Shown: positions 1 through 12,124 of the stretch, in pieces
How the letters are laid out: each line of letters starts with the position of its first letter
How positions within the stretch are numbered: position 1 is the stretch's first letter
Assembly (NCBI GenBank): GCA_014905635.1
Contig: JABVCE010000002.1
Location: 620,001 to 684,000, forward strand
Length of the DNA: 64,000 nucleotides
Direction of reading: 5' to 3'
Source: Scenedesmus sp. PABB004
Lineage: Eukaryota
Notes under the pieces: generated by a model
Database searches by the model: none
Told to the model about the DNA's origin: nothing
The model's input: only the letters and a program-made list of their open reading frames with translations
Program-made: the position numbers and the translations under genes

Positions 1-63
1 CACCCCCACACAGCCACCCACCCACGCATCAACACGCACGCGCGCCGCGGGCTAACCCCGCAC

Positions 64-669
64 CTGCACGATGAGCTGCATGCCGTAGCAGATGCCCAGC
101 ACCGGGATCTCCTCGTCGCGGCAAAAGTCAAAGAACTCGGCCGGCACGCGCGGCGAGCCCTCAAGGTGCACCGAGTTCGGCCCGCCCGACAGGATGATGA
201 CCTTGGGCTTCACGCTCTTGATGCGCTCCTGCGAAGCGGGGGCGGCGCGGGCGCCGCGGGCGGCGGCGGTCGCGGGCGTCGGTTGCGGCGGCTGCGCCAG
301 CGGAGCTGTGGCGGCGCGCGGGCGCCGCGGCGGCCACAGCCGCCGCCGGCGCGCACGCCGGCCCCGCCCCCGCGACGCTGGCAAGCACCGCGGCCGCCCG
401 CGCGCGCCGCCGGCGGCCCCGGCGCGCCGCGGGGCCGCGGCGGGCGGCCGCCGGCGCCGCTGCTGCGCCGCCGCGCCCGATCGCCGCCGGCGCCGCACCA
501 TCGAGGCGTCTCCCGGGAACATCATGGAGAACACGCCGATCTCGCGGATGCGGCGGCAGATGAGCTGCGTGTACTGGGAGCCATAGTCGAGCACGAGGAC
601 GACGGCGTGCTCATCGTGCAGGCTGGTGTGCGCGGCCCCGGCGCCGTTGGCGGTGCCGTTGGCGGTCAT
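64..669 (-). CDS. guaA: GMP synthase (glutamine-hydrolysing), 5' part; gene continues beyond the window start
   Basis: Exon 669-499 reads MTANG...[25 protein letters not shown]. Exon 228-64 reads [13 protein letters not shown]...[12 protein letters not shown], a class I GATase with the catalytic Cys. GT-AG intron at 498-229. Confidence 0.95.
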
Positions 670-1119
670 GATGGCGGTGCCGGGAGCGGTGCCTCCGACA
701 CGAGACGGGCGCCGGCCGGCCTGGCGGGCGCGGCGAGATGGCCGACACGGGCGCGCGGGGGCTGCGGCGGGCGCGACGGCACGGCGCAGGCAGCGCATGA
801 GTGGGCGCGATCGGCCAGGGGCCCAGCGTTTCAAGCCCGCGGGCTGGGTCGCACCGCGCAAAAGTGACAGCCGTGCGCAGCACGCCGCGCCGCACCCGCA
901 CGCGAGCCGCACCCCGTTGGTGTGACCCCGCCGCCCCCGGCGCACCGCAGCGCACGCCAGCCGGCCAGGCGCGCGGCTGCGCCGGCGCGGCGCGGCGCGA
1001 CGTGGCAGCAGCGGCGGCGGCCGCACAAGAGCGGCGGCGCCGCCAGGCCGGCGGGCCGCGGCCGCAGCGCGTTGGCAGGTGGCTCTGGCCACGAGCGTGT
1101 GGCCGCCAGGGCGACGGCC

Positions 1120-4100
1120 ATGGCAGGCCTCCTCAGCCACGCGGCGGCGCAGCGGGTGCGCGTGGCCCGAGCGCGCCGCGCGCCGCGCGGCGCGCCGTGC
1201 GCGGCCGTGGCACGGGCCGCGCCGCCGCCGCCCAATCCTGCGCTCCGCCGCCGGCGCAGGCAGCGCCCGGGCCCGCGCGCCTCCTGGCCGCGCTCTGGTC
1301 GAGGCGCCTCTATGCAACAAGCGCGGCGCCGCCGCCCGGTGGGGGCGAGGCCAAGTGCGCCGCCGCGCCAGCGGGGCGCGCGGCGCGGACGTGTGCGCGC
1401 ACCGCCGCCGGCCGGGCCACGCCCGCCCACGCCCGCCCGCGCCCGCCCACGCCGGCGCGCAGGCGGGAGCGGAGCCGGCAGCTGTCGGCGCTGGCGCGCT
1501 ACGGCCGCGACCTGACCGCCGAGGCGCGGCGGGGGCTGCTGGACCCGGTCATCGGGCGGCGCGACGTCATCAGCCGCACGCTGCAGGCGCGGCGCGGCGC
1601 ACGCGCGCGGGGCACGCGCGCAGCGCGCGGGCCGGGCCGGCGCGGCGGCGGTCCGACGACTGCGGCGCGGTCGCAGGTGCTGCTGCGGCGCGCCAAGCAC
1701 AACCCGCTGCTCATCGGCGAGGCGGGCGTGGGCAAGACGGCGATCGCCGAGGGCATCGCGCAGCTCATGGCCGCGCCCGAGCCGATGCGGGGGTGAGAGC
1801 TGAGCTGACCTGCACATTGCGCCGCGCCGCGCCACGCTCGGGAGGCCCGCTGCGTGGCCGGGCCACCGACGCGGCGCGCGCCGCCGATGCGGCGCCGTGC
1901 GCAGGCTGGGCGGCAAGCGCCTGATCGCGCTCGACGTCGCGTCGGTCGTCGCGGGCGCGACGTACCGCGGCGAGTTCGAGGAGCGCCTGCAGGTGCGCGC
2001 GTGCGCGTGGGCGGGTGGGTGAGAGAGGGGGACGGCGCGCGCGGCGCGCGCGTGCCCCGCGCGACGGCGCCTGACGCCTCCGCGTCCGCGGCGGTCCCTC
2101 CCGCCGCCAGGCGCTGCTGCACGACTGCGAGGCGGCGGCGGGCAGCGTGGTGCTCTTCATCGATGAAATCCACGTCCTCGGTGAGCGCGCGCACACCGCA
2201 CCGCATGCCCCGGGGAGGCGGCGCCCGCGCTGCGCGCACTGCGCTGTGCACGCCCCGCCCCGCCCCAGGCGCGCCGACCGGCCCCGCGCCGACGCGCCGC
2301 ACGCCACGCGCCGCGCAGTCGGCACGGGCAACGTCGAGGGCGGCCTTGACTTTGCCAACATGCTGAAGCCCGCGCTCGCGCGCAGCGCGCTGCAGGTGAT
2401 CGGCGCGACCACGCTGGACGAGTACCGGCAGCACATCGAGACAGACCCCGCGCTCAACCGGCGCTTCCAGGCGCGCCCGCGCGCGCCGCGCCGCCCGCGC
2501 GGGGCGCGCCGGAGGACGGGCGCCGTGCGCCCGCGCGCGCTCAGCGCACCGCCGCGCGCTCGGCGCACCGCCGCGTGCCGCCGCGCCGCGCAGCCCATCC
2601 TGGTGGAGGAGCCGTCGCCGAGGGAGTGCCTGGAGCTGCTTGCGGGCCTGGCGCCGCGGTACGAGGCGTTCCACCGCGTGACCATCTCCCAGCAGGCCCT
2701 CGCGACGGCGGTCGCGGCGGCGCAGCGGTGCGCGGCGCCGCGGCGCGCGGGCCGCCCTCGCGCGCGCGCCGGCGGCGCGCCCACGCGCCGCGCGCTGCCG
2801 CGCAGGTACGTGCCCGAGCGCCGCCTGCCCGACTCGGCGCTGGACCTGCTGGACGAGGCGGCGGCCAAGGTCCGGCTGGCGGCGCATGCCACGCAGCAGG
2901 ACGGCGGCGGCGCGGCCGCCGCCGCGCCGCAGCGTGCTGCAGACGGCAGCGCACCACCGAGTAGCAGCTTCCGTGGCGACGGCGGCGCGCCAGAGCAGCG
3001 GCAGGAGCCGACCCCGGCGCTGGGGACGTTTGGCAGCGAGGTCAATGAGGCCCTGGGCAGGGCGGCCGCGGAGCCGGCAGCAGCTGCTGCCGACGAAGCC
3101 GCCGCAGGCAGCGGCGCAGATCGCGCTCGCGGACAGGAGCAGATGCAGCAGACGCAGCAGCAGCAGACGCAGACGCAGCAGCAGCAGACGCAGACGCCGC
3201 CGGCACTCCGGACGCAGCCGCTCGGCGGCGGCGGCGCGCAGCACTCGTGGTCCGACTGGATCACGGCGAAGGGCTGGCGTGGCGAGTCAGAGGTGCACCG
3301 GCAGCAGCTGCTCGAGTGGTTTGGCGCGTCGCCGGCGGAGCCGTTGCCGGGCGTGCTGGGTGAGCGGCGGCGTGCGCGCGACGGGCCCTTGCCGCGCGCC
3401 GCGCGGCCTGACGCCGCGCCCGCTGCTGCTGCCGGTGCACCTCCGCAGGTCACCGCCAGACCACCGAGGAGCGGCGCAAAAAGCACGCGCAGCTGTTCAG
3501 CGGCAGCACAGCCCAGCCCGGCGGCAGCGCCGGCGCCGGCGGCAGCCAGCTGCACGCCGACTTTACGCGCGGCGCGGCGCCGGCGGCGCCGGCGCAGCGG
3601 CAGGCGCGCGGCGGCGACACCAGCCCCCGCTCCTGCCCGCACTGCGGCACGCTCGCGCCGGTGGTGGCGCCGGAGCAGGTCGTTCTGACGTGCGGGAGCT
3701 GCCGCTTCCGCTTCCTGAACGTCGCGCCCGAGAAATTGCAGCTTGGCACGACGGTGCTGCTGGACAAGCAGCAGCAGCGCCCGCTGCGCCTGCAGGCGGC
3801 GGCTGCGGCGGCGGTGCAGCAGGGCGCGTGGGGGCTTGGCGGCGAGCGCCCGCACCGCCACGAGCCCGCCGGCCAGCCGCCGGCCGGCGCCGCCAGCGCG
3901 ACCGCCACGGCGGTGCCTGGGCCGCCCGGCAAGCGCGCCGCAGTGGCGGTGCAGCAGGGGCGGCCGGCGGAGCCGGGCGGCGCCAGCGGTGGGGCCCATG
4001 CGCCCAACAGCAGTTTTTTGGGCCTTGCTGCTGCAGCGGAGGATGGCGGCAGCGGCGGCAGCAGCGGCGGCGGCGGCGGCAGCGGCTGGGGGCTCGCGCC

Positions 4101-5687
4101 GCCCGGCGCGGCCGCCGGCAGCAGGCCGGCGGCTGTGCCGGAGCCCGAGGCGGCTGCCGCCAGCGGCAGCCGGCCGGTCGTGGGCGAGCAGCACATCCTG
4201 GAGGTGGTGTCGGAGGCCACCGGCATCCCGCTGGGCCTGCTCGCGGGCGTGCCAAGCGCTGCGGCGGCGCTGGACCAGCCCAGCGGCGCGCTGCCGGCGC
4301 CGACGCAGGCGGTCGTGGCCGAGCTGGACGGCATCCACGCAGCGCTCACGAGCGCCGTGCTGGGCCAGGACGCCGCCGCGGCGGCGGTGGTGGGCGCGCT
4401 GCGGCTGTCGCGGCTGGGCCTGCAGGCCGGCGGCGGCGCGCGGTGCGCGCTGAGCCTGCTGCTCGTCGGACCGAGCGGCGTCGGCAAGAGCAGCATGGCC
4501 AAGGCCCTCGCAGAGTGCCTGATGCCGGGGGAGCGGAGCGGCGTGCTGCACCTGAGCTGCGGAGAGCTCGGCGAGCGGCACAGCATCAGCCGCCTGGTCG
4601 GCGCGCCGCCCGGCTACGTCGGCTACGGCAAGGGCGGCCTGCTGACGGAGGCCATCCGCCGCCGCCCGCACAGCGTGGTGCGCGCGCGCGCTCGAGCCTC
4701 GCGCCTGCCGCCGCGCGCCTGCCGCCCGCCCGCCAGCCCGCCTGCCCACCGCCGCACCGCGCTGCGCGGCCGCCCGTGGCAGGTGCTGTTTGACGACATC
4801 GAGCGCGCCCACCCGGACGTGGTGGGCCTGCTGCTGCAGGTGCGCCGCACGGCGACGAGGGCGCGCGCCGCCGCCGGGCGCGCCGCCGCCGGGCTGCGGC
4901 GCCAGGCTGCAGCGCCGACCGCCGCTGACCGCCGCCGCGCGGCGCCGCCGCCGGACTACTACGCGCAGGCGGTGGAGGAGGGGCGGCTCATGGACAGCCT
5001 GGGCCACTCCATCAACCTCCGCAGCACCACCATGGTCTTCACCGCGAACACCCCCCGCCGCCGCCGCCGCCGCACGCGCCCGCGCACCCGGCGCCCGCGC
5101 GCGGCGCGCCGCCGCAGCAAGCGCGCGGCTTCAGCAGCGCCGGCGGCGGCGGCGGCGGCGGCGGTGGGTGGGGCCTCGAGGGCGCCGAGCTGGACGCGGA
5201 CGACGCGCCGGGCGGCGCGCCGGCGGCGGCCGCGCCGCGCGCCGCGGCGCCGGGCGGCGCGATGGTCGCGGAGCTGGGGTCGCGCGTCGACGACGTCGTC
5301 CGCCTCGCGCCGCTGGGGCAGGCCGCGATGCGGGAGATCGTGGCGCAGCAGCTCGCCACCGCGGCGGGCGTCGCGGCGGCGCACGGCGTGCTGCTGGCCG
5401 TCGACGACGGCGCCGCGGCCTGGCTCGCGCGCGCGGGCTGCTCGCGCGCCGCCGGCGCGCGGCCGCTGGCGCAGCTCGTGCGCAGCCAGGTCATGGTGCC
5501 GCTCGCGAGCTGCATGACGCAGCCCGACGGCGGCGGCGCGGCGGCCGGCGGCGGCGGCGGCGACGACTCGGCGCTGGCCGCGGCGCGGCGCAGCGCCGAG
5601 CTGCAGGGCCTGCGCGCGGTCGCGCTGGTGCAGCGCGGCGCGAGCGGCGCGGGGCAGCCGCTGGCGCTGCGCTTTGAGCGGCTGTGA
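1120..5687 (+). CDS. ClpB/Hsp78-like AAA+ chaperone with a predicted mitochondrial presequence and no N-terminal Clp-repeat domain (11 introns)
   Basis: NBD1: [74 protein letters not shown]2: [40 protein letters not shown]. The N-terminus ends ..[11 protein letters not shown]. Apparent 1-nt frameshift in the C-run at 5051-5056. Confidence 0.9.
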
Positions 5688-5761
5688 GTTGCCTCGGCTG
5701 TGAGGTGCAACTCACACCCGTCCCATCGCCGGGGCCGGGCACCGCCGCACCGGCAGGCCAG

Positions 5762-8697
5762 CTAGGCAGCCTCCAGCCCCGCCGCCACGCGCGCGCGCCA
5801 CTCGTCCGCCGTCCACAGCGCCCAGCGCCCGGGCGTTCCGGCAAACGCGAGCACGTGGCTGTGCCAGTCCAGGAGCTGCGGGCGGTGGCCCACGCTCACG
5901 TAGCTGGGGCAGGCGGCGGCCACGAGGCGGTACACGGCCGCCTCGCTGGCGGGGTCCAGCGCCGCCGTCGCCTCGTCGAGCACGGCCAGCGACGGGCGGT
6001 GGTGCAGCAGGCGCACCACGGCGACGCGCTGCTGCTCGCCGAGGGAGAGCACGCTCGCCCAGTCAACCTCGGCGTCGAGGCCGCCAGCGTGCCGCGTCAG
6101 CAGGTGGGACAGCCGCACCGAGCCCACGAGCGCCTCCAGCGCCGCGTCGCGCTCGGCGCCGCCATCGCCGCCGGCCATGTCGATGGCCGTGCTGCTGCCG
6201 GACGGCCGCAACGCCGCCGCCGGTTGCTGCCGCCGCGCCGCGCCGTCGCGCCAGTCGGGGAACGTCAGCTGCGACCGCAGGCTGCCCAGGGGCATGAACG
6301 GGCGCTGCGCAGGAGCGGCCGGGCGGGCGGCGCGCGGGTCGGGGGAGCTGGGCGAGCCAGCGCGCAAGGGGCTGGCGTCAGGGCGGCGCCCGCGCGGCGG
6401 CGGTGCGTCCCACCTGTGCCCACCTGTGGCAGGAAGAAGAGCTCGCTGGCGGGCGGCCCCCGCACCACGCCGCTGCCCGAGGTCCAGAGGCCCGCCAGGA
6501 CGCGCAGCAATGAGCTCTTGCCGCACCCGCTGGGCCCTACGACCAGCAGGGACTCGCCTGCGCACGCCGGGCGCGGCGCGGCGGCGTCGGCGCGGCGCGG
6601 CCCGCCGCGGCGTGGGCCCGCGCGCCGCTGCGCGCCGCACCTGGGGCGAGTGTGAAGCTGAGCCCGCGGCAAACCGGCGTGGGCGCGTGGTGCCGGCCAG
6701 GCACCCAGGCGGACAGCCCCTCCACGACCAGGCCAGGCGACGAGCCATCCATGAGGCGCAACACGCGCGACAGCCCCCGCCCACCGCCCGACGCGTCCGG
6801 CGCGTCCGGCGGCCACCCGCCGCTGCCGCGCCGCCGCCGCGGCGCCGCGCCCGGCCGGCCGCCCTCGCCGCTCGGGCGCCGCGCGTCGTCGCCGTCGGAC
6901 GCGACGAGCAGCCGCGTGGCCTCGCCGTCGTCGCCGTCGTCGCCGCCCTGCCCGTCCGCGCCGCCGCCCTCGCTCTTCTCGGGCGGCTTGGGCCGCCGGC
7001 CGCCCCGCACGCGGCCCGCGAGCCCCGCCAGCGCGCCGAGGCCGCCGCCGTGCGTGGCGCCGCCGGCGGGCGGGAAGCCGCGCACGGCGCCGTTGCCGCC
7101 CGCGTCGACGTCCGCCGCGGCCAGCGCGTCAAGCAGGCCCGAGAGGCGGGACGTCTCCGCCGCGAGCGCGCTGAACTCGTCGAGCTTGGCCAGAATCAGG
7201 CCCAGGGCCCCCTCGAGCACCGAGAACGCGTAGCTCGCCTGGGCGCGCGGGCGCGCGGCACAGCGCGGCGCGGCGCGTCGGCAGCGGCGGCGCCGCGTCC
7301 CGCGCCCCCGCCGCGCCCCGCGCGCGCGCGCGCCTGCGAGAGTGTGCCAAACTCGATGTCGCCGCGAAAGTACTGCGGCGCGAGCACGAGGGACGGCAAC
7401 AGGACGGTCGCGTAGGTGTAGGCGGTCACCCAGAGCTCGTAGAGCCCCAGCCAGCGGATGCGCTGCAGCAGCGCCGCGAGCAGCGCCGCCAAGTGGGCGG
7501 CGAGCGCCCGCGCCTCGCGCGCGTCGCCGCCGTAAAACGCGATCGCTTCGGCGTTTTCCCGCAGGCGCACGAGCCCGAACCGCAGGTCCGCCTCGAGGCG
7601 CAGGATGCGCTGCTGCAGGCGCGTGAGCGGGCGGCCGAAGACGGCTGCGGTGCCAACCGTGCCGAGCAGCGCGTAGGCGAGCAGAAAGGCGACCAGGTGG
7701 GGGCTGATGCTCCACAGCACGCCTGGCGGCGCCGCCCACGGGCGCGGCGGGCGACGGCCAGGCGGGCGGCGGCCAGGCGGGCGGTGAGCGGGCGGCGGCG
7801 CGGCCGCGCGCGGCCGTCGAGCGTCCCGCCGCAGCGCGCAAGCTCACCCGCGAACGCCGCGCAGTTGAGCGACTTTTTTAGCAGCAGCACCGCCAGCCCC
7901 GTGCTCGTCTGCGTGAAGTTGGCCACGTCGGCAACGATGCGCTGGTCGGGGTTGTCCACGCCCGCGGCGGTGCCGCTGAACCCCGCCACGCACGCCGCGG
8001 CGTCCGGCGCCGCCGCCGCTGCGGCCCCGTCGTCCCCCGCCGCCGCCTGCTTGGCTGGCGCCCGCTGCTGCGGCCCCTGCTGCGCCTGCTGCGGCTGCGG
8101 CGGCTGCTGCAGCGCCGCCAGCTCCAGCGCGCCCGCCGCGCCGCCGCCGGCGCCGTCGGGCGGCTCCCCCGCGGCGGCGGCGCCCTCCGTCCCGCGCGCG
8201 AGCTGGAGGTGGAAGTAGGCGTGGCCAGTCGTGTACGCGCTGATCAGCGCGGATGTGCGGCTCGCGCGCCACACCGCGACCAGGCGCTTCTCGACGTACA
8301 CGTCCAGCGCCCGCAGCGGCGCGGCGACGCAAATGATGCCCACAAAGTCGTGCACCGCGGCCATCCACGCCGCTGGGCGCACGGCGGCGCCACGGCGGCG
8401 CCAGGGCGGCGCGCGGCGCGCGGCGGCGGGCGGTCGGCCGCCGCCGCAGCAAGAGCTGCGCGCGGGGGCGCGGCCAGGCGCGGACGCCCTCGCACCTCGG
8501 TTCTTTTCTGCAAGCCCCGTGCTGAAGTGCTTCTGTGCGAACGAGACGCGCACCGCCAGCCACGTCGTGGCCGCCGCCAGCGCGACGCACGCGGCGATGT
8601 ACGCGCGCGCGCGCAACCGCTGCTCGCGCTCCTCGCTGCACACCCACTGCCGCGCGAGGCGCCACCAGGGGCGCAGGTCGGGCAGCCTGCGCGCCAT
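5762..8697 (-). CDS. ABC transporter subfamily D (half-size, YddA/ABCD-like), 5 introns
   Basis: DNPDQRI motif, EAA motif (EADLRFGLVRLRENAEAIAFYGG), Walker A GPSGCGKS, FFLPQRPFM, signature LSLGEQQR, Walker B AVLDEATAALD, SVGHR. Confidence 0.92.
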
Positions 8698-8723
8698 GCC
8701 GGTGCCGGCGGCCTGGCGGCGCT

Positions 8724-8825
8724 GGCGGCTGGAGGCGCCAGGCGGCTGGAGGCGCCAGGCGGCTGGAGGCGGCAGGCGGCTGGAGGCGCCTGGCGGCTGG
8801 AGGCGCCAGGCGGGTGGAGGTGCCG
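8724..8825. repeat. Tandem 17-bp minisatellite (GGCGGCTGGAGGCGCCA) x6, just upstream of the ABCD start codon
   Basis: Units start at 8724, 8741, 8758, 8775, 8792 and 8809, with 0-3 mismatches each. Confidence 0.9.
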
Positions 8826-9339
8826 CGGGCCCCGCGGCGCCGGGTCACTGCCGTTGTCGCCGCCGGTGCCGCTGCTGCTGCCGCTGCCGCTGCTGCCGCT
8901 GCCGCGCCATCAGCGCAGGCGCTGCTGCTGAGCTGTAGCCTCACTGTCAAGGATCGCCGGGCATGAGCGGCGGAGCGGCCCGCGTTGCAGCCAGTGCGCG
9001 CCGCGCCGGCGCCGCTGCGCCGAACCGCCGCAACCGCTCGCCTGCCGGCGCCGCACGGTCGCAGCACGCGCCGCAGTCCGGCCCGGCAGCCGTGCCGCTC
9101 CCCGTGCAGCCACGCATCCCCGTCCGGGCCTCGCTCCCGCTGCGGCGGCGGCGCCGCAGGAGAGACAGCGCAGCAGCGAGCGAGCCGGCGCGCCGCCCCC
9201 TCGCCCCTCCCCCCTCCTGCAGCTTAGCCCCGATCAGCGCCTGACTCATCGAGCGGCGCCGCGCGCGCGCCGCGGCCGGGGCACGCCGCAGGCGGCGCGG
9301 CGCGCGCGGAGCAGCGGCGGGCGCGCGCCGCGGGCGGCC

Positions 9340-11801
9340 ATGATCAGCCAGTTCTTCATCGTCTCGCCCCGCGGCGACGTGATCATCCGCCGCGACTACC
9401 TGGGCAACGTGCCGAAGGCGCGCGCCGCGGCGGCGGCCGGGGGCGGCGGCGCGGCGGGGGCGGGCCTGCGCAGCAGCGGCGCGCGCGGCGCGGCGGCGCC
9501 GCCGAGACCCGCGCGCCGCCGCCCGTGCCTCAGACGAGCACGGAGACGTTCTTCCGCACCTCCAAGTTCTTCAAGCCCGGCGACGAGGCGCCGCCGATCT
9601 TCATCGTCGACGGCGTGTCGTACCTCAGCGTCAAGGCGCGGCACCCGGGCCCTCGCTGCCCATGCGCGCAGCCGCAGCAGCAGCAGCAGCAGCGGCAGCA
9701 GACGCAGACGCAGGAGCAGGAGCAGACACAGGCGCAGCAGCGGCGGCGGCGCCCGCGGCACGGCGCTGACGCGGCGCTGCTGACGCGGCGCTGACGCGGC
9801 GCTGCTGACGCGGCGCTGCCGGCGCGCCCCCGCGCGCAGGATGGCGGCGTGCAGCTGGTCGCCACGACGCGCGACAACGTGTCGCCCTCGTTTGTGCTGG
9901 AGTTCCTGAAGCGCGTCGCCGTCATCATCAAGGTGACCCGCCGCCGCCGCTGCGCCGCCCTGCAGCGCGCACACAGGCGGCGGCGCGGCAGCCGCCGCGG
10001 CCGCAGTCGCAGCGGCGCCCCGCGCCCGGTCCCCCCCCCCCCTCCAAACACACACCACACACAGCCCACACCCGCGCGCCTCGCAGGACTACTGCGGCAG
10101 CCTGGGCGAGGAGGCGATCCGCAAGAACTTCCCGCTCATCTATGAGCTGCTGGACGAGCTGCTCGACTACGGCCTGCCCCAAAACACGAGCACAGAGGCG
10201 CTCAAGACCTTCGTGCTCAACGAGCCCACCGTCGTCGCGCCGCCGGTGCGGCCGCCGCCGCCGCCGCGCGCGGCGCCGCGCCCCCCGCGCCGTGCGCACC
10301 CGCCCGCGCCGCCAGCAGCGCGCCCGCGCCCACGCGCGCGGCCTGCCGCCGCCGGCGCACGCGGTCGGCGTCGCAGCTCGCGCTGAAGCCGCTGTTTGGC
10401 CTGACCAAGGGCCCGACCGGCGTGTTCAAGAGCGTGCTCGACACGCAGCGCACCGACGGGCGGCGGCGGGACGAGATCTACGTCGACGTCGTGGAGCGGC
10501 TCAGCGTTACCTTCAGCGCGGCGGGGCACCCCGTGAGCAGCCAGGTCGACGGCGCGATACAGGTGCGCCCGCGCGCCGCGCGGGCCGCCGCCCCCGACCC
10601 CGCCGCGGACCGCGCGCGCCGTCACATGCCTGCCCTGCCCTCCCGCCCCTCACCCTTCCCTTGCCCCTCCCCGTCCCCTGCACAGGTCAAGAGCTACCTG
10701 TCGGGCAACCCCGGGCTCAAGGTGAAGCTCAACGACGACCTGCTCATCGCGCGCCGCGACGGCAGCGCCTACGCCGGCGGCGGCGGCGGCGGGCGCGGGT
10801 TCAGTGCGGGCGACTACGCGAGCGACGGAGGCCTGGTCATTCTGGACGACGTCAACTTCCACGAGGCGAGCCGGCGCGCGCGTGCGCGTGCGCGTGCTCG
10901 CGTGTGTGGAGGGGGGGTGCTGAGGGGGTGCTCGAACGAGCGCGGCGTGTGTGCTCCGCGCGGTCCGTGGCGCACCGACTGCGGCACCGCGCGCCCGCCG
11001 GCCGGCAGTGCGCCAACCTGGACGCGTTTGACGTGGAGCGCAGCATCAGCCTCGTCCCCCCGGACGGCGAGTTTGCGCTGGCCAACTACCGCACCAGCCA
11101 CGGCCTGCGCCCGCCGTTCCGGCTGAGCATCGCGACCGAGAGCGACGCCGCCAGCGACCACAAGGCGCGGCGGCGCGGCGCGGCGCGGCGCGGCGCGCGC
11201 GGCGCACGCGGCTGCGCGGGCGGTGCCGCGCCGGCGGCGGCCGCGCCGCGCCGGCCGACGCGCGCCCGCGCTTGGTCCCGGTCGCGCGCAGGCGGTGGTG
11301 CGGCTGCGGCTGTGGGCGGACATCCCGCCGGACAAGGCGGCGTCGGGGCTGGAGGTGGAGGTGCCGCTGCCGTCGTGCGTGAGCCGCGTGCACTGCGAGG
11401 TCGAGCCGCCCGGCTCGGCGTGCCTGCAGGGCTGGGAGTTCAACGAGAAGAGCCACCTGCTCAAGTGGCGCTTCAAGAAGCTCCCCGGTGCGGCGACGCT
11501 CCCGCCCGCACGCGAGGACGTGCGTGCGACGCGCCGCGCGCTCACCGCCGCCTCCCGCCGCGCCCGCGGCCCAGGCGGCACCGACCTGTCGATGCGCGCG
11601 CGGCTGACGCTGTCGCGGCCGTTTGGCGCGTCGCTGCGCGGCGAGGTGGGGCCGGTGAACCTCAAGTTCACCATCCCCATGTTCAGCGCGTCCCGGCTGA
11701 GCCTCAAGTACCTGCAGATCATGCGCACCGACAAAAACTTCAACCCCCAGCGCTGGGTGCGCTACGTGACGACCAGCAACAGCTACACCTTCCGCACCTG
11801 A
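9340..11801 (+). CDS. AP4M1: AP-4 adaptor complex medium (mu) subunit, 8 introns
   Basis: [103 protein letters not shown]. These match the plant-type mu4 pattern. Confidence 0.93.
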
Positions 11802-12028
11802 CCGCCCGCCCCGCGGCGGCGGCGGCGGCGGCGGGGGCGGGGGCGGGCTGGTGGCGCGGCGGCGCGGCGCGGCGGCGCGCGGCTGCAGCGGCAGCCGGCG
11901 CCCGCCGCGGCGCGCGGCGGTGCGGGCGGCGTGCACGCGCGAGCTGCGAGTGCGCGGTTGCTGCCTTGCGTGCGCCGGGACTTGGCAACGCGCCGGCCCC
12001 GCGTCCGTCGGGCCGCCCGGTCGGTCGC

Positions 12029-12033
12029 TTACA
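12029..12033 (-). promoter_or_regulatory. TGTAA polyadenylation signal of the epimerase gene
   Basis: TTACA on the + strand, about 90 nt downstream of the minus-strand stop at 12125. TGTAA is the established chlorophyte poly(A) signal. Confidence 0.6.
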
Positions 12034-12124
12034 GCCGCCGCCCACGCCGCGCCCGCCGCGCCGCGGGCCAGCCGCCGCGCCGCCGACCGCCGCGCCACAC
12101 TCATGAGCAGCGCCCCGCTCGCGC

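Noticed and set aside
2880..4190. Large insertion in the Clp gene as a possible intein or mobile element
   Set aside because: I see no intein terminal motifs (C/S start block, HN-C/S/T end), no endonuclease motifs and no terminal repeats.
1765..5007. Very long antisense and alternative-frame ORFs (e.g. 1080 aa here, 1037 aa at 12809-15922)
   Set aside because: They are Arg/Ala/Pro-rich shadow ORFs, expected when stop codons are rare at very high GC. They overlap well-supported spliced genes and contribute no motifs of their own.
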